Positions 21,635 to 37,013 of a DNA stretch of 64,000 nt are shown here, one piece after another (position 1 is the first letter of the stretch; every line of letters starts with the position of its first letter). The translations under genes were made by a program, and so were the position numbers. The stretch lies in assembly GCA_963727485.1 (NCBI GenBank), contig CAVSGM010000002.1, forward strand, positions 1,792,001-1,856,000, written 5' to 3'. The DNA is from an uncultured delta proteobacterium (GTDB taxonomy: Bacteria; Myxococcota; Myxococcia; SLRQ01). A model generated the notes under the pieces. The model was not told where the DNA came from. It made no database searches and saw only the letters and a list, made by a program, of their open reading frames with translations.

Positions 21635-22327
21635 TCAGCCGCCGGTGGCGGCCTGGACCACGTTCACCGTGACCGCAGGCTGGAGGGTGGCCTGGAGGTG
21701 GAGCTGCTGGGGCAGGTTCTGGAGGGCGCTCGAGGGCACGGTGACCGTGGCGGTGAGGGACACGTGGACCGCGGTGTGGTTGTTCACCCCGGAGACCAGC
21801 TTCTGGAGCAGGGGCCCGGAGAGGGTCTTCTTGACCGGGGTCCCGGCGTCGAGGGCGCTGATGTCGTCCTTGGTGAACATCACCTGGCCGTCGAGGCTCA
21901 CCGAGAGATCGCTGATCCGGCCCCCGAGGGTGACCGGCTGGTCGCTCTGGTCGGTGAGGCTGTAGGCGGTGACTGTGACCGACGCCGACTGGACGCCCTG
22001 GAGGCTCTGGCCCTGGAGGGCGCCGGAGGCCTTGCGGGCATCGGCCTCGGAGAAGAGCAGGAGGCTCGGCTCCTCGAAGGCCATCTGGCAGCTCCCGTCG
22101 GAGAGCTTTGCCACGTGGACGGTGATGGTGTCCCCGCTGCGGCTGTCCTTGATCTGCTGGTCGCCCACCGGGCACTGGGTCATGTCCGGCTGGGTGAGGT
22201 CGTAGCTGCGGTCGATCTGGATCGGGGCGATGGCGCCGGATCCCAGGGTGAGCTCGGCGAGCCCGCCGCAGGCGGCGACGAAGGTACCAAGGGTGAGGGC
22301 GATGACGGTCGTGCGGGTCTTGTTCAT
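21635..22327 (-). CDS. Hypothetical lipoprotein
   Basis: MNKTRTTVIALTLGTFVAAC lipobox, GGAGG RBS, strong codon bias. Confidence 0.75.
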   Translation of the reverse strand: MNKTRTTVIALTLGTFVAACGGLAELTLGSGAIAPIQIDRSYDLTQPDMTQCPVGDQQIKDSRSGDTITVHVAKLSDGSCQMAFEEPSLLLFSEADARKASGALQGQSLQGVQSASVTVTAYSLTDQSDQPVTLGGRISDLSVSLDGQVMFTKDDISALDAGTPVKKTLSGPLLQKLVSGVNNHTAVHVSLTATVTVPSSALQNLPQQLHLQATLQPAVTVNVVQAATGG

Positions 22328-22479
22328 GGGGCCTCCAGCACCAGAAGACAGGCTAGCACAGGCTTCGGCCACGGGCCCACGCGCCGAGGTAAGGCGCCGG
22401 AACCCGGCCGCTGGTACGGATCCCGCAGCCAAGCCCTCGTTTGTCCCGGGCACCCCCTGGAACCCGCAAGAACCGACCT

Positions 22480-24766
22480 TTGACGCAGAATCCACACGCA
22501 AACCCTGCGGGAACCTGGCTCCGACGGCGGGTCGGCTCCCTCCGCCGGCGCTTCGTCCTCCTCCTGGCGCTCCTGGCCCTGGCCTCGCTCCTCCCCTGGC
22601 GCCTGGCGGTGGATCTCCACGGCCACCTCCACGGGTTCGCCGAGCGCCTGGACGTGGCGAGCACCCTGCGCTTCCGCCTGGTGGAGCTGGGGATGGTCGC
22701 CGGGAGCGCCGAGGCCGACGATCCCCTCTCCCGGGGTACCATCCACCAGCTCGAGGCCGAGCAGCGGGTCACCCTCGAGGCGCTCCTCCGGGGCGACCCG
22801 GCCCGCGGCCTCCAGCCCTGCCGGATCCCCGCGGCCTGCCAGCAGCTGCGCGCCTACCTCCACCGGTGGAACACCGTGGTGGTGCCCCGGGTGGAGGCGG
22901 CCCGGAGGGGCACGCCCGAGGCGCGGCGGAACCTGCGCCGCACCCTCCTCGGGGAGGTGGGGCGCATCGACGCCATCGTCCACCTCATGGCCACCGACGC
23001 CGAGCACCGGGTGGGGGAGATCGTCGGCCAGGGCCTCGCCGCGGTCGCCGCCAGCCTGCTGCTCCTGCTCCTGGTGGGCTACGGGGTGTGGGAGGTGTTC
23101 CTGCGCATCCGCCGCCTCCAGGAGGTCAGCGGGGAGCCGGTGGACGAGGCGGAGCTCGAGAGCCAGGGGCGCGGCTCCGACGAGGTGGCGGCGCTCGCCC
23201 GGGCCCTGCTCACCTCGGTGCGCTCCCTGCGCCTCCACGGCGAGAGCGATCGGCGCCGGGCCGCCCGCCTCGACCGGTGGCAGCAGGCCCTGGCGCGCCT
23301 GGCCGCCCGGCTCAACGACTGGATCGATCGGGGCGGCGACCTCTCGGCCCTGGTCGACGACTGGGCCGAGGACGCGGGCCTCGCCGGGGCCACGGTGCGC
23401 CTCCCCCCCGCGGCCGGGGCCTTCGACCTGCCCATCGCCGACGGACCCCGGGAGCTGGTGCTCCCCCTGGCCTGGGGCGACGACACGGTGGGGGCCCTGG
23501 TCCTGGTCCGCAGCGGCCGGGGGCCCGTGTCTCCGGAGACCCTGGCCATGGGGGACGCCGCCGCCCGGACCCTCGCCATCGCCCTGGTGGCGCGGGGGCT
23601 CCTCGCCGAGCGGGAGCAGCGCAGCGCCATCGCCGCCGAGCTCGCCACCCTCCGCCACCTCGAGGAGGGCGCCCCGGCGCTCGCCGACCGCCTGCGCCAC
23701 CACATCGCCCACGACGCCGCGGTCCTGGTCCTCCTCGACGACGCGGGCGCCCTGGAGCGCGCCGTCGAGCTCGGCCCCGAGGGCCTGGTGCAAAGGCCCC
23801 TGCGCCAGGCGCCGGCGTTCCCGGAGGCGGTGCGCAAGGTGGCGCCGGGGGACCCGGTCCTCGAGGCGCTCCTCGGCCCCACCGGCCAGGCGGGGCTCCT
23901 GGTCCCCCTCCGGGGCGAGGCCCACCCCCTGGGCCTCCTCGCCCTCGCCCGGGCCCACCCCTTCACCGACCGGGAGGCGGACGTGGCCCGGGTCCTGGCC
24001 CCGGTGCTGGCCTCGGCGCTCCTGCGCCTGCGCCTCACCGACCGGCTGCTCCTCACCGAGCAGATGGCCACCGTCGGCGGCTTCTCCCGGATGGTGGCCC
24101 ACGAGGTGCGAAACCCCCTCAACAGCATGGGCCTCCACCTCCAGCTCATCGGCCGCCTCCTCAAGGGCCTGCCCATCCCCGAGGAGACCGCCAGCCGCCT
24201 CGACGGCCACCTCTCGGCGGTGCGCTCGGAGACCACCCGCCTCGACCAGGTGGTCGAGAGCTACGTGACCTTCGGCAGCGGCGCGGTGGCCGCCCGCTTC
24301 GAGGAGGTGGATCTCCGGGAGCTGGTGGGCGAGGTGCTCCGGGTCCACGCCCCGGCCCTCGAGGACCGCCACGTGACCCTCGACGCCGACCTGGGGGCCG
24401 CGCCGGCCAACGCCCTGGTGGACCGGGTCCGCTACCAGCAGGCGGTCCACAACCTGGTCCTCAACGCCCTGGAGGCCCTCCCCGGCGACGGCGGCGCCCT
24501 CGAGGTGGTCCTCGAGGAGCAGGGGGCTGCGTTTGCCCTCCACGTGGTGGACAACGGCCCGGGGTTCGCCGAGCCCGCTCGGATCTTCGCGCCCAGCTAC
24601 ACCACCAAGAACGCCGGGAGCGGCATGGGCCTGCCGGTGAGCCTCCAGAATCGCAAGGCTCCACGGGGGCAGCCTCACCGCCCACCGCCCCGAGGCCGGC
24701 GGCGCCGAGCTGGTGCTCACCGTGGCCAAGCGCGCCCCCGAGGCCATCTTCACCCCGGAGGGGTGA
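22480..24766 (+). CDS. Membrane sensor histidine kinase (two TMs flanking a helical periplasmic domain, GAF-like regions, HisKA, HATPase), frameshift near 24650
   Basis: H-box MVAHEVRNPL, N-box NLVLNALEA, VVDNGPG, TTK..GSGMGL; removing one A near 24649 restores IARLHGGSL..GAELVLTV ending at TGA 24766; start approximate (TTG 22480). Confidence 0.85.
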
Positions 24767-24784
24767 GGGTCCCGGGGGTCGGCG

Positions 24785-25189
24785 TCAGTGCCGGGCGGTG
24801 GTGGCCCGGGCGGCGGCGCGGCGGATGATCGCCGCCTCGGTCTCGTAGCCGTCCTCGCCGGGGTGCTTCCCGTCGAGGCGGGCCCGGGCCTCCGCGAGGG
24901 CCCGCTCCTCGGCCTCGAGGTCGATGTCCTCCACCGCCACCGCCTCGCCGGCGAGGACCACCACCTGGTCGTCCTCCACCTTCACGAAGCCGTCGACCAC
25001 CGCGTAGTGCCGCTCGGTCTTGCCGTCGATGTAGGTCAGGGGCCCGGCATCGAGGACGGTGAGGAACGGCGCGCGCCCGGGGCGGACCCCGAAGAACCCC
25101 AGGGCGCCCGGGGCCCGGACCTCGTCGCACTCGGCGGTGAGCAGGTCGGCCTCGGCGGTGATCAGCCGGAGGGTGAGGCGGTCGGCCAT
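24785..25189 (-). CDS. atpC: F1 ATP synthase epsilon subunit
   Basis: PGALGFFGVRPGRAP, VVDGFVKVEDDQVVVLA; follows atpD. Confidence 0.95.
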   Translation of the reverse strand: MADRLTLRLITAEADLLTAECDEVRAPGALGFFGVRPGRAPFLTVLDAGPLTYIDGKTERHYAVVDGFVKVEDDQVVVLAGEAVAVEDIDLEAEERALAEARARLDGKHPGEDGYETEAAIIRRAAARATTARH

Positions 25190-25210
25190 GTCGACTCCTT
25201 GGGGCGCCGG

Positions 25211-27552
<2,342 letters not shown>

Positions 27553-27555
27553 CGG

Positions 27556-29103
<1,548 letters not shown>

Positions 29104-29116
29104 GGGTGTGTCGTCC

Positions 29117-29659
29117 TCAGTGCTCGAGCGCGGCGGCGCGCAGCAGCTCGAGCTGGGTCTTGAGGGAACCGTCGTAGACGCGATCGCCCACCCGGGCCAC
29201 CAGGCCCCCGAGGAGGGCCGGGTCGAGCTCGGTGGTCAGGGCGACGGTCTTGCCGGTGGCCGAGGCCAGGGCGCCCGAAAGCTGGCTGGTCTCGGTCTCG
29301 GAGAGGGGCAGGGGGCTCACCACGGTGGCCCGGACGCGCCCGGCGGCCTCATCGGCGAGATCGCGGTAGATGCGCGCGATCTGGCGGAGGAGGGCGGTGC
29401 GGTCCCGGTCCACGAGGAGCATGAGGAAGTCGTGGGTGGTCTTGGTGAGCTTCGCCTGCTCGGCGATGGCGGCGAGGACCTCCCGTCGCTGGCGCCCGGC
29501 GAAGATCGGGCTCTCGAGGAGGATCCGGAGGTCCTCGGCGCCGTCGATCTCGGCGGCGAGGGCCTCGAGCTCGGCGAGGATCTTGTCGCCCTGGCCGGAC
29601 TCGAGGGCGACCTCGAGGAGTGCGCGGGCGTAGCGTCGGGAGATGCTGACCAGGGCCAC
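29117..29659 (-). CDS. atpH: F1 ATP synthase delta subunit
   Basis: [33 protein letters not shown] start inferred. Confidence 0.95.
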   Translation of the reverse strand: MALVSISRRYARALLEVALESGQGDKILAELEALAAEIDGAEDLRILLESPIFAGRQRREVLAAIAEQAKLTKTTHDFLMLLVDRDRTALLRQIARIYRDLADEAAGRVRATVVSPLPLSETETSQLSGALASATGKTVALTTELDPALLGGLVARVGDRVYDGSLKTQLELLRAAALEH

Positions 29660-29826
29660 GTTCAACTCGTCGGAAAGACAGGAAAAATCGGACGGGGAAC
29701 CGGGCGCCTGGGGCCCCGGGGGGCGCATGAGGTAGCACAGGGGTAAGGGGCGGTCAAGCGACGCGGTGCGTCCCCGGCCGCCGGGGCATGCTAGGGTCCC
29801 CGCTCCCCCCGCGCCGGAGCCTTCCC

Positions 29827-30912
29827 ATGTCCCCACGCACCTGGGCCCTCGTCCTCGCCATGAGCCTCCTCGCCGCGGGGTGTGGCGCCTTCACCGGGAC
29901 CGACGCCGGAGACGGAGGCGCCGGGGACGCCGGTCTGCTCACCGACGGCGGCGCGTCCGACGGCGGCGGCACGGTCACCGACGCGGGGACCCCCGACGCC
30001 GGGTCCCCGGACGCCGGGACCGTGGACGCGGGGACCCCCGACGCGGGCCCTCCCGACGCCGGCCCCCCCGACGCCGGCCCCGACGGCGGCCTCCCGGGCA
30101 CCGCCACCCTCACCGTGGGCAACTGGAACCTCGACTGGTTCGGCTCCACCCAGTACGGCCCCACCGACCTCGCCCTCCAGGAGCAGAACGTCGACACCGT
30201 CCTCCAGCGCCACCCGGCGTCGCTGTGGGCCCTGCAGGAGGTCGTCGACGTGAACCGCCTGGCCCGGGTGGCCCAGACCCTCGGGGGCCTCGGGCACCTG
30301 GCGGCGGGCGACAACCAGGTCCTCAACCATGGCGACTACCGGGGCACCCAGCAGACGGCGATCCTCTACGACCCGGCGGTGATCACCGTCCGCTCGGCCC
30401 AGGTGGTCCTCGGCGCCGACTACTACGACTTCGCCCAGCGCCCGCCCTTCGTGGTCGCCGTCGACGTCCACACCCCCGGCGGGGTGCTGCCGATGACCGT
30501 GGTGGTCGTCCACATGAAGGCCTACGCCGACGCCACCAGCTACGCGCGGCGCCAGGCGGCGAGCCGGGAGCTGAAGACCTGGCTCGACCAGACCCATCCC
30601 AGCGACCCGGTGCTGGTCCTCGGCGACTGGAACGACGACCTCGACACCTCGGACTACGCCAGCAGCGCCTCGCCCTACGTGAACTTCGTCTCCGACACCG
30701 CCGACTACACCTTCCCCACCCTGATCTTCACCCAGCACAGCATCGGGACCTACGTGGGCAGCTCGGACCCCATCGATCACCAGATGGTCACCAACGAGCT
30801 GGCGCCGGACGTGGTGGCCGGCTCCCAGATGGCGATCCACCCGGCGATCCCGAGCTACCGCTCGACCACCAGCGACCACTACCCGGTGCAGGTGACCTAC
30901 CAGCTCCAGTAG
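29827..30912 (+). CDS. Endonuclease/exonuclease/phosphatase (DNase I-like) lipoprotein
   Basis: Lipobox LAAGC, PDAG linker, NWNLDWF, ALQE, HMKA, GDWN, IDH, SDHYPV. Confidence 0.9.
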   Translation: MSPRTWALVLAMSLLAAGCGAFTGTDAGDGGAGDAGLLTDGGASDGGGTVTDAGTPDAGSPDAGTVDAGTPDAGPPDAGPPDAGPDGGLPGTATLTVGNWNLDWFGSTQYGPTDLALQEQNVDTVLQRHPASLWALQEVVDVNRLARVAQTLGGLGHLAAGDNQVLNHGDYRGTQQTAILYDPAVITVRSAQVVLGADYYDFAQRPPFVVAVDVHTPGGVLPMTVVVVHMKAYADATSYARRQAASRELKTWLDQTHPSDPVLVLGDWNDDLDTSDYASSASPYVNFVSDTADYTFPTLIFTQHSIGTYVGSSDPIDHQMVTNELAPDVVAGSQMAIHPAIPSYRSTTSDHYPVQVTYQLQ

Positions 30913-30939
30913 GGCGGTGGGCTGCGCCTGGGAGGCATC

Positions 30940-31575
30940 ATGCGCATCCGTCGAGCCGTCCCGCTCCTCGCCCTGCTGGCCCTCGTCGCGGCCGGGTGCA
31001 CGCGCCCCCGCGCCCCCGCCGCCCCCACCGCCCCCACCGCCCCCACCGCCAAGGCGGCGCCGGTCGTCGCGGCGCCCAAGGCCAAGCCCAAGGCCTTCGA
31101 TCCCCACCAGGTCCTCGGCTGGCCGCGCCTGCGCGCCGACCGCTTCGGCTGCATGCTCCAGCGGCGCTTCGGTCACCGGGACCCGAAGTTCAACTGCGAC
31201 CTGAAGGGCTACCAGCCCCAGGGCGACCCCTGTCACGACACCCGCCACTACTACGAGGGCCCGGCGTTCCCCGACGCGGCGATCCCCGCCGTCGATCCCC
31301 GCCTCGAGGCCGTCGAGCTCCACTGGGAGCACGGCGAGCTGCAGGCGGCCACCCTGACCTTCCGCGGCAAGATCCCGGTCGACGACCTGGTCCACCGCTT
31401 CGGCCTGCCGACGCTGCGGCGGACCCCCGGCGACAGGGTCCTCGCTGACGTCGCCTACCCCAAGGGCCACGACAACCTCAGCCACCTCTCCATCGAGCGC
31501 TGCGGCAGGGGCGTCACCTGCCTCGACCTCGAGGGCTTCGAGCACCAGGGCGCCGGCGACGTCGACTGCCGCTAG
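30940..31575 (+). CDS. Hypothetical lipoprotein
   Basis: Lipobox VAAGC, APT repeats, six Cys in the mature domain; GGAGG RBS. Confidence 0.7.
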   Translation: MRIRRAVPLLALLALVAAGCTRPRAPAAPTAPTAPTAKAAPVVAAPKAKPKAFDPHQVLGWPRLRADRFGCMLQRRFGHRDPKFNCDLKGYQPQGDPCHDTRHYYEGPAFPDAAIPAVDPRLEAVELHWEHGELQAATLTFRGKIPVDDLVHRFGLPTLRRTPGDRVLADVAYPKGHDNLSHLSIERCGRGVTCLDLEGFEHQGAGDVDCR

Positions 31576-32687
31576 TCAGAAGGGATCGGCCGGCTCATCG
31601 CGCCGGTCACCGCCTCATACGTCTCCCGCACCCGCCTGACGTAGTCCAGGTACCGCGGCCACGTCTCCAGGGTCAGCGCCTGGGGCCCGTCGCAGAGCGC
31701 CGTCGCCGGGTCCGGGTGCAGGTCCACCAGGATCATCGACGCCCCGGCGATGACCCCCTGGCCGGTGACGTGGAAGATGTCCGGGAGGCCGTCGGGGGCG
31801 AGGTCGGCCTTGCCCACGCTGTGGGAGGGGTCGATGCACACCGGCAGGCGGCTCAAGCGCCGCACCACCGGGACGTGGGCGAAGTCCACGAGGTTGCGGT
31901 GGGGGGCGCCGAGGTGGGTCTTCACGCCCCGGAGGCAGAACACGATGTTGGGGTTGCCCTCGCTGGCGACGTACTCGCAGGCGTTGAGCGACTCCTCGAG
32001 GCTGATGCCCATGCCCCGCTTGAAGAGCACCGGGAAGCGCTGCTGCTGGCCGACCTCCTTGAGGAGCTCGAAGTTCTGGGCGTTCCGCGTGCCGATCTGG
32101 AGCATCACCCCGGTGGGGTTGCCGGCCTGCTCCAGGGCCTCGGTGATCTCGGCGACGTGGCGCGCCGAGGTGACCTCCATGGCGATGACCCGGATGCCGT
32201 GGCGGCCGGCGCTCTCGAAGACCCAGGGGAGGCACTCGGCGCCGAGGCCCTGGAAGTCGTAGGGGCTGGTGCGCGGCTTGTAGGCGCCCATGCGGGTGGT
32301 GGTGACCCCGGCGGCGGCCAGCGCGGCGAGGGTCTGGTCCACGTGCGAGACGGTGTCCACGGCGCAGAGGCCGGCGAAGACGTGGAGCTGCTTCTCGTCG
32401 AAGGCGACGCCGTTGTAGGTGAAGCCCGGGGTCGGCGCGTCGGGGACGTGGCGGCCGATGAGGCGGTAGCGGCTCGAGACCCGCACCACCGAGAGGACCC
32501 CGGGCAGCTCGCGGAAGGGCTCCAGGGGCACCAGCCGGGTGTTGCCCACCAGGTGGATCTCGACCAGCGCCTGGCCCTCGCCGGTGAAGGCGTGGCGGTG
32601 CGGGGTGACCCCGGGGTAGGTGGCGGCCAGCCGCATCACCGCGGCTTCCACGGCCTCGGTGGCGTCGGGGGCGAGGGTGATGACCAT
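31572..32687 (-). CDS. aroF: DAHP synthase, class I-beta, with an N-terminal regulatory extension
   Basis: AGLCAVD, GAYKPRTSPYDFQGLG, QIGTRNAQNFELL, KRG, DPSH, CDGPQAL. Confidence 0.92.
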   Translation of the reverse strand: MVITLAPDATEAVEAAVMRLAATYPGVTPHRHAFTGEGQALVEIHLVGNTRLVPLEPFRELPGVLSVVRVSSRYRLIGRHVPDAPTPGFTYNGVAFDEKQLHVFAGLCAVDTVSHVDQTLAALAAAGVTTTRMGAYKPRTSPYDFQGLGAECLPWVFESAGRHGIRVIAMEVTSARHVAEITEALEQAGNPTGVMLQIGTRNAQNFELLKEVGQQQRFPVLFKRGMGISLEESLNACEYVASEGNPNIVFCLRGVKTHLGAPHRNLVDFAHVPVVRRLSRLPVCIDPSHSVGKADLAPDGLPDIFHVTGQGVIAGASMILVDLHPDPATALCDGPQALTLETWPRYLDYVRRVRETYEAVTGAMSRPIPSD

Positions 32688-32751
32688 GGGCCAGAGGATA
32701 GCGCGTATCCGCCTCGACCTCGCCCGCGGGCGCCGCTATGCTCCCGCTGCC

Positions 32752-33435
32752 GTGCGCAACGCCCTCCTCGAGCCCGCCCGTCGGGCCCTCGCCCTCGCCG
32801 GCGCCGCGGCGATCGTCGCCGGGTGCAGCCCGGCGCCCCAGACGCCCCCGGTCGCCAACGCCGCGCCCTTCGCCCGCTTCTCCGCGCCCTCCCGCGTCGC
32901 CGACGGCGCCGAGGCCCGCTTCGACGCCAGCGGGAGCTTCGATCCCGACGGCACCCTCGTCTCCTTCCGCTTCACCTTCGGCGACGGCACCCCCGACGCT
33001 TTGAGCGGGAGCCCGGCGGCGACCCACGTCTTCCACGGCCCCGGCGACTACCCGGTGCACCTCACCGTCACCGACGACGCCGGGGCCACGGGCGAGGCGG
33101 TCCACACCGTCCACGTGAGCCTCGTCGCCCCCGACCCCTGCAGCGACGCCGCCCCCTGCCCCCTCACCCAGGTCTGCGACACCGGCACCTGCTACAACAC
33201 CGGCCCCGGGGACGCCTGCGCCTCCGACGCCGACTGCACCGCCCCGGGCACCGGGTGCTACGGCGGGGCCTGCGTGCCCCCCGAGTGCCAGGTCGACGCC
33301 GACTGCGGCACCGGCGCCGAGTGCCGGGGCGGCCTCTGCCAGCCCCTGCCCACCTTCGACGGGGGCACGGTGACCGACGGCGGGACCTCGACCGACGGCG
33401 GCGTCACGGACGCCGGAACCGGAGACGGCGGATGA
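32752..33435 (+). CDS. PKD-domain lipoprotein with Cys-rich repeats
   Basis: Lipobox IVAGC; FDASGSFDPDG..FTFGDG..GDYPVHLTVTDDAG (PKD); CxxDADC repeats. Confidence 0.85.
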   Translation: MRNALLEPARRALALAGAAAIVAGCSPAPQTPPVANAAPFARFSAPSRVADGAEARFDASGSFDPDGTLVSFRFTFGDGTPDALSGSPAATHVFHGPGDYPVHLTVTDDAGATGEAVHTVHVSLVAPDPCSDAAPCPLTQVCDTGTCYNTGPGDACASDADCTAPGTGCYGGACVPPECQVDADCGTGAECRGGLCQPLPTFDGGTVTDGGTSTDGGVTDAGTGDGG

Positions 33436-34094
33436 CCCGAACGCGCCTGGTCCTCCTTCTCGGCGCCTGCGGGGCCCTGGGTCTCGCCCTGGCCGCCTGC
33501 CCCGCGACCCCGCCCCCGGGGAACGTGCAGCTCGGCGAGTACCTCGTCGACGCCCATCGCCAGGACGGCGGCACCTGCGTCCTCAGCGCCAGCGACGCCC
33601 AGGGCAGCCAGTTCCAGTTCTGGGCCCGCCTCGGCGCCGACGCCGACGGCGGCACCGCCTACCTCACCGTGGCCCAGCCCCCCACCGCCGTGGCCCAGCA
33701 GCCCCGCCGGGGGACGATCCACGACGGCACGCTCCTGTTCACCAACGAGCAGATGCAGAACATCCAGACCTGCGGCTGCCTGGTGGACGTGACCGAGACC
33801 ATCGCCCTCACCCCCCTCGCCGGCTCCGTCGACGGAGGCACCGGGGCCAGCGACGGCGGCACGCCCGACGCCGGCCCCGCCGACGCCGGCCCCGCCGACG
33901 CCGGCAGCGGCCCCATCCCCGGCCTCCCCCCGACCGCCGACCTCACCCACGTGGTGGGCACCATCGGCTACCACCTGGTCAGCGGCGGGAGCTGCGCGCC
34001 CCCGGTCGACGGCGGCGTCCTCCCCGACGGCGGCGTCGCCGGGTGCAACCTCCCCTGCGACTTCGGCTACGACCTCTCCGGCAAGCGCCAGTAG
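33432..34094 (+). CDS. Hypothetical Cys-containing lipoprotein
   Basis: MTRTRLVLLLGACGALGLALAAC lipobox; ATGA overlap with the upstream stop; DAG linker. Confidence 0.75.
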   Translation: MTRTRLVLLLGACGALGLALAACPATPPPGNVQLGEYLVDAHRQDGGTCVLSASDAQGSQFQFWARLGADADGGTAYLTVAQPPTAVAQQPRRGTIHDGTLLFTNEQMQNIQTCGCLVDVTETIALTPLAGSVDGGTGASDGGTPDAGPADAGPADAGSGPIPGLPPTADLTHVVGTIGYHLVSGGSCAPPVDGGVLPDGGVAGCNLPCDFGYDLSGKRQ

Positions 34095-34106
34095 GCGCCG
34101 GGCGGG

Positions 34107-35619
34107 TCACTCCGGGTCGTCCTCGGGGGCCGCCGGGAGGCGGACGATGACCTCCGTGCCCCCGCCGGGCCGATCGGCGACCTCGATGCGCCCGCCGAGG
34201 GAGGTGACCACCCCGTGGGCCGCGGCGAGGCCGAGGCCGGTGCTGCGCTCGCCGTCCCAGGCGTCGCCGTCCCAGGCGGAGAAGAAGGGATCGAAGACCC
34301 GCCCCCGGAGGTGCTCGGGGATCCCCGGCCCCCGGTCCAGGACCGACAGGCGCACCCGGCCGGGCTCGCCGGGGCCGGTGACCACCGTGACCTCCGGGCG
34401 CCCGGAGGCGGCACCGGCGCGCAGGGCGTTGGTCACCAGGTCGAGGATCACCTGGGCCAGGTGGGTGCGGTCGCCGAGGGCCCGCGGCGCCGGGTAGTCC
34501 TCCCGGACCAGGGTCGCCTCCCGCCGCAGGCGAGGGGCCGCCAGGGCCAGGGTGCCCGAGACCACCTCCGCCAGGTCCACCGGCTCGACGCGGGCGCCGC
34601 CCCCGGTGGCGGCGAAGGTCCGGAGGCCGCCGATGACCCGCCGGGCCTGGGCCACCGCCTCCAGGGCCTCGGCCAGGGCCTCCTGGAGGTCGTCGCGCAC
34701 CGGCGGGGGCACGCCTTGGCCGAGCTCGGCGAGCTCGGTGGAGACGAAGCCCAGGGTGGCCTTGATCACCGCCAGGGGGTTGTTGAGCTCGTGGGCGGCG
34801 CCCCCGGCGAGGGTGCCCAGGGCGGCGAGGCGGTCGGTGGTCACCAGGCGCCTGGCCAGGTCCCGGCGGGCGGTCCGGTCCTCGAGGACGGTGAGGCCCG
34901 CCGGGCCGGCGTCGAGCTCGAGGCGCCCGGCGGGGACGGCGTCGAAGAGGGCCTCGGCGCCGTCGGCCCGGACCCACCGGGACTCCCGGCGCTCGGGGAC
35001 GTCGGTGCCCGCGAGGAGCCGATCCATCCGCGCCCCCGCCTGGGGCCGGTCGTCGGGGTGGAGGAGATCGAGGACCGGGAGGCCCAGGAGGGCCGCCGGG
35101 TCGTCGTGGCCCAGCATCCGGGCCAGGGGGTCGTTGCCGTAGGCGATGGTCCCGTCGTCGCGAACGACGAGGACCCCCACCGGGAGGTGGTCGAGGACCC
35201 GGCGCAGGGCCGCCTCGGTCCGGGCGGAGCGCTCCCGCGCCTCGGTCTCGTCGGTGACCTCGACGCTCTGCCCCACGACCCCGCCGCCCTCGCCGGGGTA
35301 GGGGTACTTGAAGTTGATGAAGTGCCGGCGCCGGCCGCCGACGGTCACCCATCCCCGGCTCACCTGGGGGAGGCCGGTCTCGAGGACCGCCCGGTCCACC
35401 GCCCGCAGGGCCCCTCCCTCGTCGGGGCCGAAGACCTCCAGGTCGGAGCGGCCGAGGAGCTCCGACGGGTCCCGGCCGGTGAGCGCCCCGAGGGCGGCGT
35501 TGGCGAAGCGGTACCGGCCCTCGGCGTCCTTCACGTAGGCGGGGGTCGACGCCTCGTCGAGGAGGGTCGAGACGTGGGCCAGGAGGGCGTCGGCGGCGGG
35601 GTCGGGAATCGTTGGGCAT
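34107..35619 (-). CDS. Cytoplasmic PAS-PAS sensor histidine kinase
   Basis: [13 protein letters not shown] (PAS), second [31 protein letters not shown]; the in-frame region extends to ~35610 and ATG 35619 needs one frame correction. Confidence 0.85.
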
Positions 35620-35711
35620 CCTTGGGAGCGATTCTACCCACGCGGTGCCCCCTCGCCAGCCCCTCCCCACGACCATGGGGTCCACCGGCGCCCTGGTCTA
35701 TGCTCCTCGCC

Positions 35712-36806
35712 ATGGCGAGCACCACCGGCGTCCTCTTCCGGGTGACCACCTTCGGCGAGAGCCACGGCCCCGCGGTGGGGGTGGTCCTCGACGGCTGCCC
35801 GGCCGGGCTCGAGGTCGACCTCCAGGCGGTGCAGGCCGACCTCGACCGGCGCCGCCCGGGGCAGGGGCCGCTGACCAGCCCCCGGCAGGAGCGGGACCGG
35901 GTGGAGGTCCTCTCGGGCCTCAAGGACGGGGTGACCCTGGGCAGCCCGCTGACCCTCCTGGTCCACAACACCGACGCCCGCCCGGGGGCCTACGACCACC
36001 TGGCGCACGTCTACCGCCCCAGCCACGCCGACTACACCACCGAGGCCAAGTACGGCCGCCGGGATCACCGGGGCGGGGGCCGGGCCAGCGCCCGGGAGAC
36101 CGTGGGCCGGGTCGCCGCCGGGGCCGTCGCCCGGGCGCTCCTCGCCCGGGACTTCGGGGTGGAGGTGGTCGGCTGGGTGGGCTCGGTGGCGGACGTCGAC
36201 GCCGAGGTCGACCCCCTCACCGTCACCCGGGAGGCGGTGGACGCCCAGGCGGTGCGCTGCCCCGAGCCCGGGGCCGCCGGGAAGATGGCCGAGGCCATCG
36301 AGGCCGCCCGCCGGGACCGGGACACGGTGGGCGGGGTGGTCGGCTGCGTGGCCCGGGGGGTGCCCGCGGGGTGGGGCGAGCCGGTCTTCGACAAGCTCAC
36401 CGCCGACCTCGCCAAGGGGTGCATGAGCCTGCCCGCCGCCCGGGGCTTCGAGGTGGGGCTCGGCTTCGCGGCCACGCGGATGCGCGGCTCGGCCCACAAC
36501 GACCCCTTCGTGATGGCCGGCGGCCGGGTCCGGGCGCCGTCGAACCGCAGCGGCGGGATCCAGGGCGGCATCTCCAACGGCGAGCCGGTGCTCTGCCGGG
36601 TGGCCTTCAAGCCGGTGGCCACGATCTTCCAGCCCCAGCAGACGGTCACCGACACCGGCGAGGCGGTGGAGCTCACCGCCAAGGGGCGCCACGACCCCTG
36701 CGTGCTCCCCCGGGCGGTGCCCCTGGTGGAGGCGATGGTGCTGCTCACCCTCGCCGACCACGCCCTGCGCCAGCGGGCCCTTGGACCCGCTCCATCCTCG
36801 GCGTGA
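35712..36806 (+). CDS. aroC: Chorismate synthase
   Basis: [45 protein letters not shown]. Confidence 0.98.
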   Translation: MASTTGVLFRVTTFGESHGPAVGVVLDGCPAGLEVDLQAVQADLDRRRPGQGPLTSPRQERDRVEVLSGLKDGVTLGSPLTLLVHNTDARPGAYDHLAHVYRPSHADYTTEAKYGRRDHRGGGRASARETVGRVAAGAVARALLARDFGVEVVGWVGSVADVDAEVDPLTVTREAVDAQAVRCPEPGAAGKMAEAIEAARRDRDTVGGVVGCVARGVPAGWGEPVFDKLTADLAKGCMSLPAARGFEVGLGFAATRMRGSAHNDPFVMAGGRVRAPSNRSGGIQGGISNGEPVLCRVAFKPVATIFQPQQTVTDTGEAVELTAKGRHDPCVLPRAVPLVEAMVLLTLADHALRQRALGPAPSSA

Positions 36807-37013
36807 GGTGCTCGCCGTCGGGCGGCGGGTGCGTCACCGTCGATGATGCGGCGACCAGGCCTCCCTCGGCACCCCTCTGAACGCGTCACGTTGGGATACG
36901 TTGGGGCGGATTGCCCCAGTGGGATACGTTGTGACGCATTCGACGGGTCGACCACCCCGCGCCGCCCGGGCACGGCTGATCGAGCCGCGAGGCGCCGTCC
37001 GCCACAGGCGCCT

